Assembly (NCBI GenBank): GCA_951406725.2
Contig: OX597826.1
Span: forward strand, 25,234,001-25,298,000
Length of the DNA stretch: 64,000 nucleotides
Direction: 5' to 3'
Source of the DNA: Octopus vulgaris
Lineage: Eukaryota
Within the stretch, counting starts at the first letter, position 1. Every line of letters starts with the position of its first letter. Of the stretch, positions 1-11,455 are shown piece by piece. Under the pieces are notes generated by a model that was not told the DNA's origin, ran no database searches, and worked only from the letters and a program-made list of their open reading frames with translations. The position numbers and the translations under genes were made by a program.

Positions 1-407
1 AAAAAGCCAATATGGGAGTTTCTCTCATGGTAACTACCACAGTATAGTTTGTTCTAATGGAACATCCAAGTTTAAGTGGACATAAATATTATTTCTTGGT
101 ATTAATACTGTTTCTATGGCTAATAAATATTTTATAATGATGAGAGTTTTCAAGAGTGACAAAGAGGATGAAAAATGCTTAGGTCTATTTTACAATAATT
201 GACAAAAATATCATTGAAATATTCTATGTTGTGTATAAGTTATACAATTACAACATGGAAAATGCATATTGATCATTTAATCCATTTGTAATAACTTGGT
301 TTCAAATTTTGGCACAAGGCCAGCAATTTCAGGGAAGTGAGTAAGCCAATTACATCACCCCCCCCCCCCCCCCCACTACTCAGCTGATATTTATTTTATA
401 TATTTTA

Positions 408-628
408 AAGGCGGCAAGCTGGCAGAAACGTTAGCATGCTTAGTGGTATTTCGTCTGCTGCTACGTTCTGAGTTCAAATTCTGCCGAGATCAACTTTACC
501 TTTCATCCTTTCGGGGTCGATAAATTAAGTACCAGTTATGCACTGGGGTCGATGTAATTGACTTAATCCCTTTATCTATCCTTGTTTGTCCCCTCTGTGC
601 TTAGCCCCTTGTGGGCAATAAAGAAATA
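408..628 (+). mobile_element. SINE family B (tRNA-like head, Meta/Sauria-like central domain), B1 tail, nested in an older minus-strand family B copy
   Basis: Head aaggcggcaagctggcagaaacgttagc, B-box-like gagttcaaattc, core cctttcatcctttcggggtcgataaattaagtaccag, tail gccccttgtgggcaataaagaaata. More than 20 related copies in the window. Confidence 0.85.
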
Positions 629-1079
629 TGGTACTTATTTTATAGACCCTGAAAGGATGAAAGGCAAAGTGGACCTTGGTGTAAAGACACTCAACATACC
701 AGATAGTGGTGGTGGTGGTGATGCTGTTAAACCAAATGATGGATTAAGTCCAACTTCTTGATGGGATTTGAGCTCAGGACACCAAAGAGGTGGAACAGAT
801 ATAGCCTAAGACATCTGGTCTGATGTGTTTAGTTTTGCTAATCTGTTGCCCTGCATTTGTATTTCTTTTTATTTTTACTTTTATTGACCTGTAAGGATGA
901 AAGATAAAGTTGGCCTTGGCAGAATTTGAACCTGGATATTACATTGCAGAGTTCTGCCCAATTATATGTAGTGTACATGTGATGTATATGTGTGTGTGTA
1001 GTGCATGTGTGTATGTGTGAGTGGTGTGTGTGTAGTGTGTGGGAACGGTGTGTGTGTGATGTGTGAGAGTGATATTGTG

Positions 1080-1116
<37 letters not shown>

Positions 1117-2244
1117 ATGTGGTGGAGTGGGTTGCTGTTTAGTCTCATCTGAGCAGACCTATGATCAAAGTAGTCCCAGCTGTGACCATCCTGTCCTTTC
1201 TTTCCTAACAGGGACTACAACACGTATTTTAAATGAAGATACATATCCCATATACAACCTTCTTCATTTAAACCAGTAAGGTATCATTTGAGACAGATTT
1301 GACAGCCATTTCTAGCAGACTGTGAGACTGCACATACAGCATCCCTCATTGACTCAAGGGTCCACTGTTGTTGCAGCGGATACCACTGAACGCAGCCAAG
1401 AAAGATGCTGAGACGGGCAGCGTGCCAACAACTCTGACGCAATGCATGCATCAAACACAAATACCAAAACAACTGCAAATATTATACATTTGAAAACTTC
1501 TGACGTGTTTGCTAACCACGTAGTGAGGAAGTAAATGGGATTATGCAATCAAATTGGTGAGTTTGGAGTGTATGCCATAAAGATGAGAAGATTTTGTTAT
1601 TTTGGACATGGGCAAAAAGAAAAAAAAGGAAAAGTTCTTTCTAATTTTCCACACTTTCTTTACCATATTTCTGTTGAAATAAATTATGTTTGTTTCCGAT
1701 TGATTTTGAAAATAATCTTTTATCTTTTATTTATCTTATCTTTTGCAGACATTGGACTGCAGCCACACTGGAGCACTGCCTTAAAGGTTTCAATCAAATT
1801 AATCGACTCCGGTACTTATTTCCAAGCCTGCTACATATTCTATCAGTTTCTTTTGCCGAACCACTAAGTTACGGAAGCATAAAACAAATCAACACTGGTT
1901 GTCAAGTGTTGGTGGTGGTGGTGGTGGAAAAACACCAAGACACACACACACACACAAATGATTGTTTTATGTTCAATTATAACCCTTTCTATTAAAGGCA
2001 CAAGGCCTGAAATTTTGGGGGAAGGGGACAAGTCAATTACATCTGGGGTGTTTTATTAGTGCTTATTTTATCAACTCTGATAAGATGAAAGGCAAAGTCG
2101 ACCTTGGTGGAATTTGAACTCAGAATGTAGTGATTGACAAAATCCTGCTTAGCATCTTGCCTGGCATGTTAATGATTCTAATTTTACATCAATCTGATAG
2201 GTTACTCAACGCTTTTGTAGAGTACAAATTTATAATTCTTAAAC

Positions 2245-3345
2245 AGTGTAGCTGCTAGAATAAGAATAGCCTGGGCAAAGGTCAGAGAGCTCCTACATCT
2301 GTTGGTGACAAAGAGCCTCTCACTCAGAGTAAAAGGTAGACTGTATGACGCATATGTACAAACATCCATGCTACATGGCAGTGAAACATGGGTCGTGACT
2401 GCTGAGGACATGTGTAAGCTTGCAAGGAATGAAGCTAGCATGCTTTGCTGGATGTGTAATGTCCGTGTGCATACACGACAGAGTGTAAGCGCCCTGAGAG
2501 AGAAGTTGGACCTAAGAAGCATCAGATGTGGTGTGCAAGAGAGACTGTGCTGGTATGGTCATGTGTTACTTATGGATGAAGACAGCTATGTGAAAAAGTG
2601 TCGTCTCACACACTAGCAGTAGAGGGAACCTGTGGAAGAGGTAGACTCAGGAAGACCTGGGATGAGGTGTTGAAGCATGACCTTCGAACTTTGGGCCTCA
2701 CTGAGGTGATGAGAAGTGACCAAGACCTTTGGAGATATGGTGTGCTTGAGGAGATCTGGCAAGCCAAGTGAGACTGTAACTGTGGCCTATGCCAATGCAG
2801 CATAACCAGCTCATTTAATAGTACCCTTCAATCATTGGGCAATAAACTGTGCTTGCAAAGACCTGTTCAGGCAAGTGAAGTCATTGTCATAGCCGATGAC
2901 AGTACCACCTGATGGGCACCCATTCCGGTAGCATGTAAGAAGTACCATTTGAGTATGGTCAATGCCAGTGCTGCCGGCACATAAAAAGCACCATTTGAGC
3001 GTGATAGTTGCCAGTACCTGCTTGACTGGCTCCTGTATCAGTGACATATAAAAAACACCATTCGAGCGTGATCATTGCCAGTGCCGGCTGACTGGTTCCC
3101 ATGCCAATGGAATGTAAAAAGCATGGCCGATACAATACTGTCTGACTGGCCCTCGTGCCGGTGACACATAAAAAGCACCCACTACACTCTCAGAGTGGTT
3201 GGCATTAGGAAGGGCATCCAGCTGTAGAAACATTGCCAGATCAAATTGGAGCCTGGTGCAGCCTCCTGGCTCACCAGCCCTCAGTCAAACTGTCCAACCC
3301 ATGCTAGCATGAAAAGCAGATGTTAAATAATGATGATGATGATAA
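2245..3345 (+). mobile_element. RTE-clade LINE, 5'-truncated (ORF C-terminus, 3' UTR with tandem repeats, (GAT)n tail)
   Basis: Translation KGRLYDAYVQTSMLHGSETW...RLCWYGHVLLMDEDSYVKKC...GRGRLRKTWDEVLKHDL with a frameshift, typical of the RTE C-terminus. Ends in tgatgatgatgat. Confidence 0.88.
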
Positions 3346-3519
3346 GACAAGAATATTATTGACAGTGACTTTGAAGTTTCAACCAACTAAGCCATGTGCT
3401 TTCAAACCACATGGTTCTGGGTTCAGTTCCATTGTGTGGTACCTTTGGTAAGTGACTTCTGTTATAACCATAGGCTGACCAAAGTCTTGTGAGTGTGTAT
3501 ATGTTTGTATTTATGTATG

Positions 3520-3680
3520 ATTACCAAGAACAAGACTGCCCTGCCTGCCGAAGCTGTACCATAAGCTGTGCAAGTCCAGTGCCAATTCCTCACCTTCAGT
3601 CCCAGCACACCATCAATGCCTGACCCACAACAGACTTCCAAACCTGTATTGGACTAATTGGCCACAACTGGACATACTGA
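3520..3680 (+). mobile_element. Degenerate LINE (RTE-like) C-terminal remnant
   Basis: ...TDFQTCIGLIGHNWTY* resembles the RIGLIGHLRTH zinc-finger end of some RTE elements. Confidence 0.4.
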
Positions 3681-4853
3681 ACCGTTTTCTTCTCACATGT
3701 GGTATCCTTGGTCACTGTTGACAATGTCGGATGAAGTAATGATTTATGTGTGTATTTATCTTCATGTTTGTCTCCTCGTCTTGACATAGTCGTAAATGAG
3801 TGTCACTGTCATAAAAGCGGTGTTGGTCATTTCCAGTATTCTGTGAGATTGAGTCTGGTCACAGGGAAATATTACTTTATTTGGAAACAGGTGAAGGTTG
3901 GTGGCAGGAAAGGCATCTGGTTATAGAAAGCCTGCCTCGACAGCATGGGAAAGTGAATGCTAAAATAATGATGGTGATGACGATGATGAAGCACTTGAAC
4001 ATTTCTGCACACAGGTTGTAAAATATGTACATCATATGCACAAGTACACACAGCACAGAGAGAGAGAGAGAGAGAGAAAGAAAGGAAGTGGGGGAGTAGT
4101 GGGGCTGTCATTTCATTTGAGAGAGAGAGAGAGAGAGAGGGAGGGAGAGAGAGAGAAAAGGTAACATTTTTCTGAACATTTTTTTTGAGGTGAAGTGAGG
4201 GGGAGGGCTCTTCCTTTGTCTGAGAGATTGCAAAAATAAAATAAAATAAAATAAAATAAAATAAAATTCTAAAAAGTAATAAAAATATATTTTCAAGAGT
4301 TGCAAAAAAAAATAAATAAATAAAGACAAGTTGCAAAATGTCAGATTCTTTTTCTTCTACCTCATAACGAACTTATCCAAATTTATAAGCTCCAATGTTC
4401 AATTTTTGTTGAAGCAGACCAATACTAGTCAGTTTCCTTGGACAAGCTACTTCTTTCTTCTTCTCCAGTCTTTCCTTTTCTTCTTCAGACTTCCTCTTCT
4501 CCTTTTCTTCTTCAACCAATAAACTATATTAGTATACTTACTGATTTAACTATTCTCTTCAGGCTCTAGGTCAAACTGTTTGCTAAACTCCATCACCATG
4601 TTTATTACGCCTCAGCATTATCTGCAGCATAACTTGGGGTTTTTCCATTTGCAAATAACTAACTCGTTTAGTTCTTCCTAGTAATTTACAGGATTTGAAA
4701 TTTATTTCAGGAATTCTCATAAATGGACAACCACTTCTAATGGCAACCACTCAATAGTAGCAGGAACCACAGCAGAAATAGTAGCAGTAGTAGTAATTTT
4801 TTACCTATGTTTGAAGAATGGAGTCGATAGAGGAAGAAAACAATAATATAATA

Positions 4854-5576
4854 TTGGGTTGTCCGGAAAGTTTGTGCCGATTTTTAAAGGAAAGAAAAAG
4901 GTCAATAAATTCAACTCAATTCAATTTTTATTGGCTCAAAAAGCAAAAGCAAGGCCAAGTAGGGGGACAGGGAGTTATGTACAGGGAGGGTGGTCATACA
5001 AAGAGTTTAGGCCATTTCTGGTCAAGAGAGACTTTGAACTGAGTGGTTGTCGGCATCTTCACTATCTCGTCCGGCCATTACATTTTTAATCAACCAAATA
5101 TGAACCGTTTTGTTGCACAATGCATCTCCATCTTTCCTTTAACTTGAAAATACCCTCTTCCCAGAATTGAGATGGTTTCATGGCAAATAATTCATCAAGG
5201 TATCTTTTTATGTCATCCAAGGAACTCAAATTTTTACCATTAAGACTATTCTGCAGAGACCTGAATAAGTGGAAATCCGAAGGAGCAATATCTAGTGAAT
5301 ATGGAGAGCGGGGTAACACATCCCAGCAAAAGCTGCAGCAATTTTTGTCTGGTTCCCAAAGCATCAAGTGCCGAAAAGGAACTTTCTTATCCATTTTAAA
5401 GGGTTACAGAATTAACACAGGTTTTAGGAATATAAACCTTCTTCCACGAAAACATAGCTTAAACTGTGTTCTAAATGGAGGTGTAGTCAAATCCTATTTT
5501 ATGGACTCAACTATGTTCTAAAATAAGCCGAAAGGTAAGCTACTATAAATCGGCACAAACTTTCTGGACAACCCAA
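4854..5576 (-). mobile_element. Internally deleted mariner transposon
   Basis: 30-bp TIRs ttgggttgtcc(g/a)gaaagtttgtgccgattt with 1 mismatch, and TA on both sides. The ORF at 5086-5394 fuses the N-terminus MDKKVPFRHLMLWE to the C-terminal WDVLPRSPYSLDIAPSDFHLFRSLQ (mariner YSPDLAPSD motif). Confidence 0.92.
4908..5076 (-). mobile_element. CR1-like LINE 3' end inside the mariner element
   Basis: Encodes PDEIVKMPTTTQFKVSLDQKWPKLFV* (stop 4994-4996), followed by a short UTR, AATAAA and an (AATTG)n-like tail. Confidence 0.7.
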
Positions 5577-6049
5577 TACCAGTGACTAGCATGAATTTGA
5601 ACTCACAACCATAAGCCAATAAAGGAGACCTCTCCTGTAGCCATTTGCCTTACTAGAAATAGCAACCAAATCTCTTTCAAATAGTACTTCTGTCTAGCAA
5701 GGGTATGCATGTTTGTGGATTGCTCAGCCACTTGCCTGTTCTGTTGTCCAGATCAACAGGAACCCTTGTCATAGTAACCAACAGAGTGCTAGTTATTCTG
5801 TTGGTCTCTTTTGCTAAATGGTTAAGATACAAGGATGTAAATGTACCAACACCAGTTGCCAAAAGTCACGAAGTATAAAACTACAGTTGGTGTAATAGCT
5901 GAAGACACCAGATTATACCCACAACCACCACATAGATTTTGTGACTTTTGTTAAACATACAAACATACCTACACATATTTATATACACACATGCATACAT
6001 ATAGATATTTAAGTATATACATATATATGCATACATGCACACACATATA

Positions 6050-6425
6050 CTTTTACTCTTTCCTCTCTTTTACTTGTTTCAGTCATGTAACTGTGGCCAT
6101 GCTGGAGCACCGCCTTTAGTCGAGCAAATCGACCCCAGGTCTTATTCTTTGTAAGCCTAGTACTTATTCTATTGGTCTCTTTTGCTGAACCACTAAGTTA
6201 CGGGGACGTAAACACACCAGCATCGGTTGTCAAGCAATGTTGGGGGGACAAACATGTATAAGACGGGCTTCTTTCAGTTTCCGTCTACCAAATCCACTCA
6301 CAAGGCTTTGGTCAGCCCGAGGCTATAGTAGAAAGGCACTTGCCCAAGGTGCCACGCAATGGTACTGAACCCGGAACCATGTGGTTGGTATGCAAGCTAC
6401 TTACCACACGGCCACTCCTATGCCT
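6050..6425 (-). mobile_element. SINE family A (tRNA-derived, CORE-like; resembles octopus OR-type SINEs)
   Basis: Head with A/B boxes, CORE-like gcaccttgggcaagtg, tail ggcggtgctccagcatggcc...gactgaaacaagtaaaagag. Confidence 0.85.
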
Positions 6426-7068
6426 ATTTACACACATACATACATATATACATGCACTATGTCTAAGTAATCGGGTTATGAGCACCCTGTCCAAGGCTAG
6501 ATCTTCTTTGATCATAAGTTTGCTTCATCAGACCTAGCCTAGGGTTAAACAACATCATTATCCCATTCAGTAAATTGCTGTGTTGGTTGGGACTTTGTAG
6601 TATATTTTTTCATTAGTGTATGTGTGTTTGTGTTTAATTATATAATTTTGGCAATCAACAAACTTTTTACTTCAGGCAGGAATTAAATATTGAAAAAAAA
6701 AAGAAAGAAAACTCCAGAAAATACTAAAAAAGACTACAAAAACAACATCAACAATTCATACCAAAATGCCCCCCACTCCCGTTGCCACCACTACCACCAC
6801 TAGACAAAAGGTGACGACAATTCAAACGAAACAGAACACTGTGTAAAACAATACAAAACCACATACACATGTATTTTTGTTGTGTAAAATCAATCAATGC
6901 GTCTCATTTGCCAAACAATATAAAAATTGAGCTAAACTTGGCAAGGGCACTGCACTGCTATAAACCAGAGAGAAACTGATGCACCAAATGGGTTGCACTA
7001 GTATCCCTGTACAATTAATGTTACTATGTATGCATCTGTTTATATGTGAATGTATATGTGTGTATGTA

Positions 7069-7147
<79 letters not shown>

Positions 7148-7944
7148 GTGTGTGAATTGTGTATATATGTGTGATTGAATGTGTGTATTTGTGCATGCAT
7201 ATATTTATGTGTGATTATGTAGGTGTGTACGTAATTAACTTAAGTATGTATAATAACATGGACATATATTTAAATATGTATGTATAATGTGTGTATATAT
7301 GTGTTAGTATGTTCAATTGAAGTGCAAGCACACAGAAAAACAAATGCAAAAAGAAAAAGATGTTCACCATTTCTCTCCTAATCTTCATTAAGTACACACA
7401 CACACGCACACACACATGCACAAACACAGATATTTATACAGATAGATATACACAAATTTGTGTGTGTGCATGTGTATGCTGCCACTATCATCATCATCAT
7501 CTTTGTCTTCATTATTGATGTATTCTTTCATTCTTTTACCTGTTTTAAGCATTACAGGTGGCCATGCTGGGGCACTGCCTTGAAGAAATTTAGTTCAATG
7601 AATCAAACCCAGTACTTTTTTTTAAAGCCGGGTACTTATTCTATCGTTCTCTTTTGCTGAACTGCTAAGTTACAGGGACATAAACACATCAACACTGGTT
7701 GGCAAGTGGTGGTCATGTATTTTTTATTGGGATCCTCTCTGGTAATGAGTTTTACCATTTCTTACAGTCTTTGGTCATTGTCTACATTAAACATCACAGA
7801 AGCTTGCTTCCCAGCCACCTGGTTTTGGGTTCAGTCCTGCAGCGTGGCACCTTGTTTTCTATTGTAGCCTTTGGCCAACCAAAGCCGTGTCACTGGATTT
7901 GGTAGACAGAAACTGAAAGAATGTATATATATATATATATATAT

Positions 7945-8262
7945 AGGAGCACTCCATCAGTTACGACGACGAGGGTCCCAGCTGATACGATCAACAGAAC
8001 GGCCTTCTCGTGAAATTAACATGCAAGTGGCTGAGCATTCCACAGACATGTGTACCCTTAACATAGTTTGCAAGGAGATTCAGCATGACACAGGGTGTGA
8101 CAAGGCTAGCCCTTTTTCAAATACAGGTACTACTCATTTTTGCCAGCTGGAGCAACATAAAATAAAGTGTCTTGCTCAAGGACACAACGTGTCGCCGGGA
8201 ATCAAACTCACAACCTTATGATCATGAGCCGATTGCCCTAACCACTAAGCCATGTGCCCTCA
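7945..8262 (-). mobile_element. SINE family C (tRNA-derived, with gtccttgagcaagacacttt core)
   Basis: Homologous to 9730-9802 plus 10213-10435 (split copy) and to 56810-57128. Confidence 0.75.
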
Positions 8263-8862
8263 CATGTGTGTGTGTGTGCATATATCTATGTATGTGTGTC
8301 TTTGTGTCTGTGTTTGTACCCCCATCACTGCTTGACAACCCACTGCATGGCACCTCGGGCAGGTGTCTTCTACTATAGCCTCGGGTCGACCAAAGCCTTG
8401 TGAGTGGATTTGGTAGACAGAAACTGAAAGAAGCCCATCGTATATATGTATATATATATATGTGTATGTGTGTGTGTATGTGTTTGTCCCCCAACATTGC
8501 TTGACAACCGATGCTGGTGTGTTTACGTCCCTGTAATTTAGCGGTCCAGCAAAGAGACCGATAGAATAAGTCCTGGGGTCGATTTGCTCGACTAAAGGTG
8601 GTGCTCCAGCATGGCCACAGTCAAATGACTGAAACAAGTAAAAGAGTAACTATTTTTTAATACAATTCTTAATAATATTTATTTCTAAAAACATAAAAGG
8701 ATTTTTTAAACATCAAATGGCTATGAGGGTCCAACCGAATACAGAGGGAATCAAAGGGGTCCGCAGATAAAACATGGCTGAGGAACACTGTTCTAGAGTT
8801 ACAAAGTGAAGACATGTGGCTCAGGATGTTACACTCATGATTGTAATATTGTGGTTTCAATA

Positions 8863-9290
8863 AGGCGGCGAGCTGGCAGAAATGTTAGCATGCCGGGCGA
8901 AATGCTTAGTGGTATTTCGTCTGCCATTACATTTTGAGTTCAAATTCCACTGAGGTTGACTTTGCTTTTCATCCTTTCGGGGTCGATAAATTAAGTACCA
9001 GTTACGCACTGGGATCAATGTAATCGACTTAATCCATTTGTCTGTCCTTGTTTGTCCCCTCTATGTTTAGCTCCTTGTGGACAATAAAGAAATAAGAAAT
9101 GCTGGGTGAAATGTTTAGTGGTATGTCATCTGTCTTTACATTCTGAGTTCAAATTCCACCAAGGTTGACTTTGCCTTTCATCCTTTTGGGGTCAATAAAT
9201 TAAGCACCAGTTGTTTTCTGGGGTCGATCTAATCAACTGGCCCCCTCCCCAAAAATTTCAGGCCTTGTGCCTAGAGTAGAAAAGAATATT
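8863..9290 (+). mobile_element. Tandem pair of SINE family B copies (B1 tail, then B2 tail)
   Basis: Two consecutive bodies with different 3' ends: ...ccttgtggacaataaagaaata and ...ggccttgtgcctagagtagaaaagaatatt. Confidence 0.8.
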
Positions 9291-9802
9291 GTGGTTTCAA
9301 TTCTCTGACTCATCAGTATGTTGTGTTCTTGAGCAAGACACTTTATTTCATATTGCTCCGGTTCACTCAGTTGTAAATGAGTAATTGTGTGACGAATTGG
9401 CATCCTGTTCAGGGGGAATGTGATGACCTTGGTCACATATATACCCAGAGAAATTGGGTGACTGACCTTATGAGTCCTAAGACTTGAGAGGTTAATGTCC
9501 AGGGAGTTGATGATGACGATGGCGGTTACAGAAGTGTTTTGCTTCTAAGAAGCTTTCTGGGCATTTGAAAGATATCATTTGAGTTTTCTTAAAGATAACT
9601 ACTATTGAGTATTTGTGACATACTAAAACCTTGTTCTGTCAGTCTGTGATCCCACGACATCTCGTATACACTCACAATTTGCACAGAGCACACAACAGCC
9701 TGGCTCTCTATTGGCTTTGATGCTGAGCATTCCAGTTGATTCAACCAACGGAACAGCCTGCTCGTGAAATAAACGTACATGTGGCTGAGCACTCCAGAGA
9801 CA

Positions 9803-10212
9803 TACTCTTTTACTCTTTTACTTGTTTCAGTCATTTGACTGTGGCCATGCTAGAGCACCGCCTTTAATCGAGCAACTCGACCCCGGGACTTATTCTTTTG
9901 TAAGCCCAGTAATTATTCTATCGGTCTCTTCTGCTGAACCGCTAAGTAACGAGGACGTAAACACACCAGCATCGGTTGTCAAGCAATGCTAGGGAGACAA
10001 ACACAGACACACAAACATATACGCACACACATATATATATACATATATACGACGGGCTTCTTTCAGTTTCCGTCTACCAAATCCACTCACAAGGCATTGG
10101 TCGGCCCGGGGCTATAGCAGAAGACACTTGCCCAAGGTGCCACGCAGTGGAACTGAACCCGGAACCATGTGGTTGGTTAGCAAGCTACTTACCACACAGT
10201 CACTCCTGCGCC
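9803..10212 (-). mobile_element. SINE family A, full length, inserted into a family C SINE
   Basis: Complete head-to-tail copy; the family C sequence resumes on both sides. Confidence 0.88.
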
Positions 10213-10446
10213 ATGTGTACACTTAACGTAGTTCTCAAGGAGATTCGGTGTAATACAGCGTGTGACAAGGCTGGCCCTTTGAAATACAGGTGCTACTCAT
10301 TTTTGCCAGATGAATGGATTGGAGTAATGTGAAGTAAAGAATCTTGCTCAAGGACACAATGCATTGCCAGGAATTAACTCACAACCTTACAATTGCAAGC
10401 TGAATACCCTAGCCACTTAGCCATGCACCGTCACAGGCATACAACA

Positions 10447-11255
10447 CAGGCATACCTTGGACTTAAGTCATTTCAATTATACGTCGGTTTACAAAAGTAA
10501 TATATGGAAAATTAAAAATCAAGTTAAGTCATTTTACTCAACTTTACGTTTGTCTGCTACAAATATTGGAATCATAAAATCTCTGGAAAACCATTAAAAG
10601 TACATAAAATCATGTTAATGTATAATAAATAAGAATAAAAGCATATAAAATCAAATTAAACTGTGAGCAGTAAATGTTAAGATACACACCATAAAGTAGT
10701 GTAGCTTAGTGAACGAAATCATAAAATCAGCTGTGTTATCTTATTTATCAGTCTTTTGGAGCTCATAATGCACTGTAGTTCCAATATCTACCATTAGGCA
10801 TTGTTGTCACTCATGATTCCTGCGATTGTTTTGAATTCAGATTTTCTAACATGTGCTTATTGGCTACTTTCTCATTCTCATTCATTTGTGACTTTATTTT
10901 TTACCCCCATGGATCCTAAGAAAATTCATAGTGAAAGTGCTAAGCGCCATGCAGTAATGGTGGAAGATAAACTGGCAATGTTAAAATGCTATGAAAAAGG
11001 TGAGAAAGTGATAGCAATTGCACAATCTTTTGAGATGAGTTGGACAACTGTATCAACAATTGTACATAATAAGGACAAGATTTTAGCACACATGGCTTAT
11101 ATTAACCATGTGTTAACCATGTATTATTGAAAATGCATCCATAAATAAAGTACAGAACTGGGAATGGCTATTATCAGTTTAGCCTAGAGACAAGTTAATT
11201 TGACTTAAGTCAAGTCTCTTGAAACCAATTAATGACATAGGGTGAAGTATGCCTC
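10447..11255 (+). mobile_element. Tigger/pogo-type deleted DNA transposon
   Basis: Imperfect TIRs caggcatac.../...gtatgcctc followed by TA. Internal remnant MDPKKIHSESAKRHAVMVEDKLAMLKCYEKGEKVIAIAQSFEMSWTTVSTIVHNKDKI is a CENP-B/Tigger N-terminal HTH. Confidence 0.8.
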
Positions 11256-11259
11256 TATA

Positions 11260-11455
11260 CTGTATTTGATGGCATATAAGACACACTTTATTTTCCAAAA
11301 AACTGCCTCAAAAATCACCCTGGGCCCTATGTGTGAAGCTGGGCCTATATTACATGCTTTAGAGTGCTAATAATGTTTTTTTTTCTTTGAATATGTGCTG
11401 CTGAAATTAAGATGCATCTAATATGGCCATACATCTTTTACACCATCAAATATGG
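11260..11455. mobile_element. Tc1/mariner-superfamily (pogo/Tc2-like) MITE
   Basis: TA-ctgtatttgatggcatataagac ... catcttttacaccatcaaatatgg-TA imperfect inverted termini. Confidence 0.65.

Noticed and set aside
2930-3180. Repeat-spacer-like array that might suggest CRISPR
   Set aside because: The spacers are related to each other, the array lies in an RTE 3' UTR, the context is eukaryotic and there are no cas genes.
9976-10332. Recurrent ORFs such as DGLLSVSVYQIHSQGFGRPEAIVEDTCPRCHAV, resembling a multicopy peptide family
   Set aside because: They are antisense translations of SINE family A, with frames broken differently in each copy.
10801-11130. 109-aa ORF considered as a domesticated Tigger/CENP-B gene
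   Set aside because: Only the N-terminal HTH is present, inside a TIR-bounded deleted transposon.
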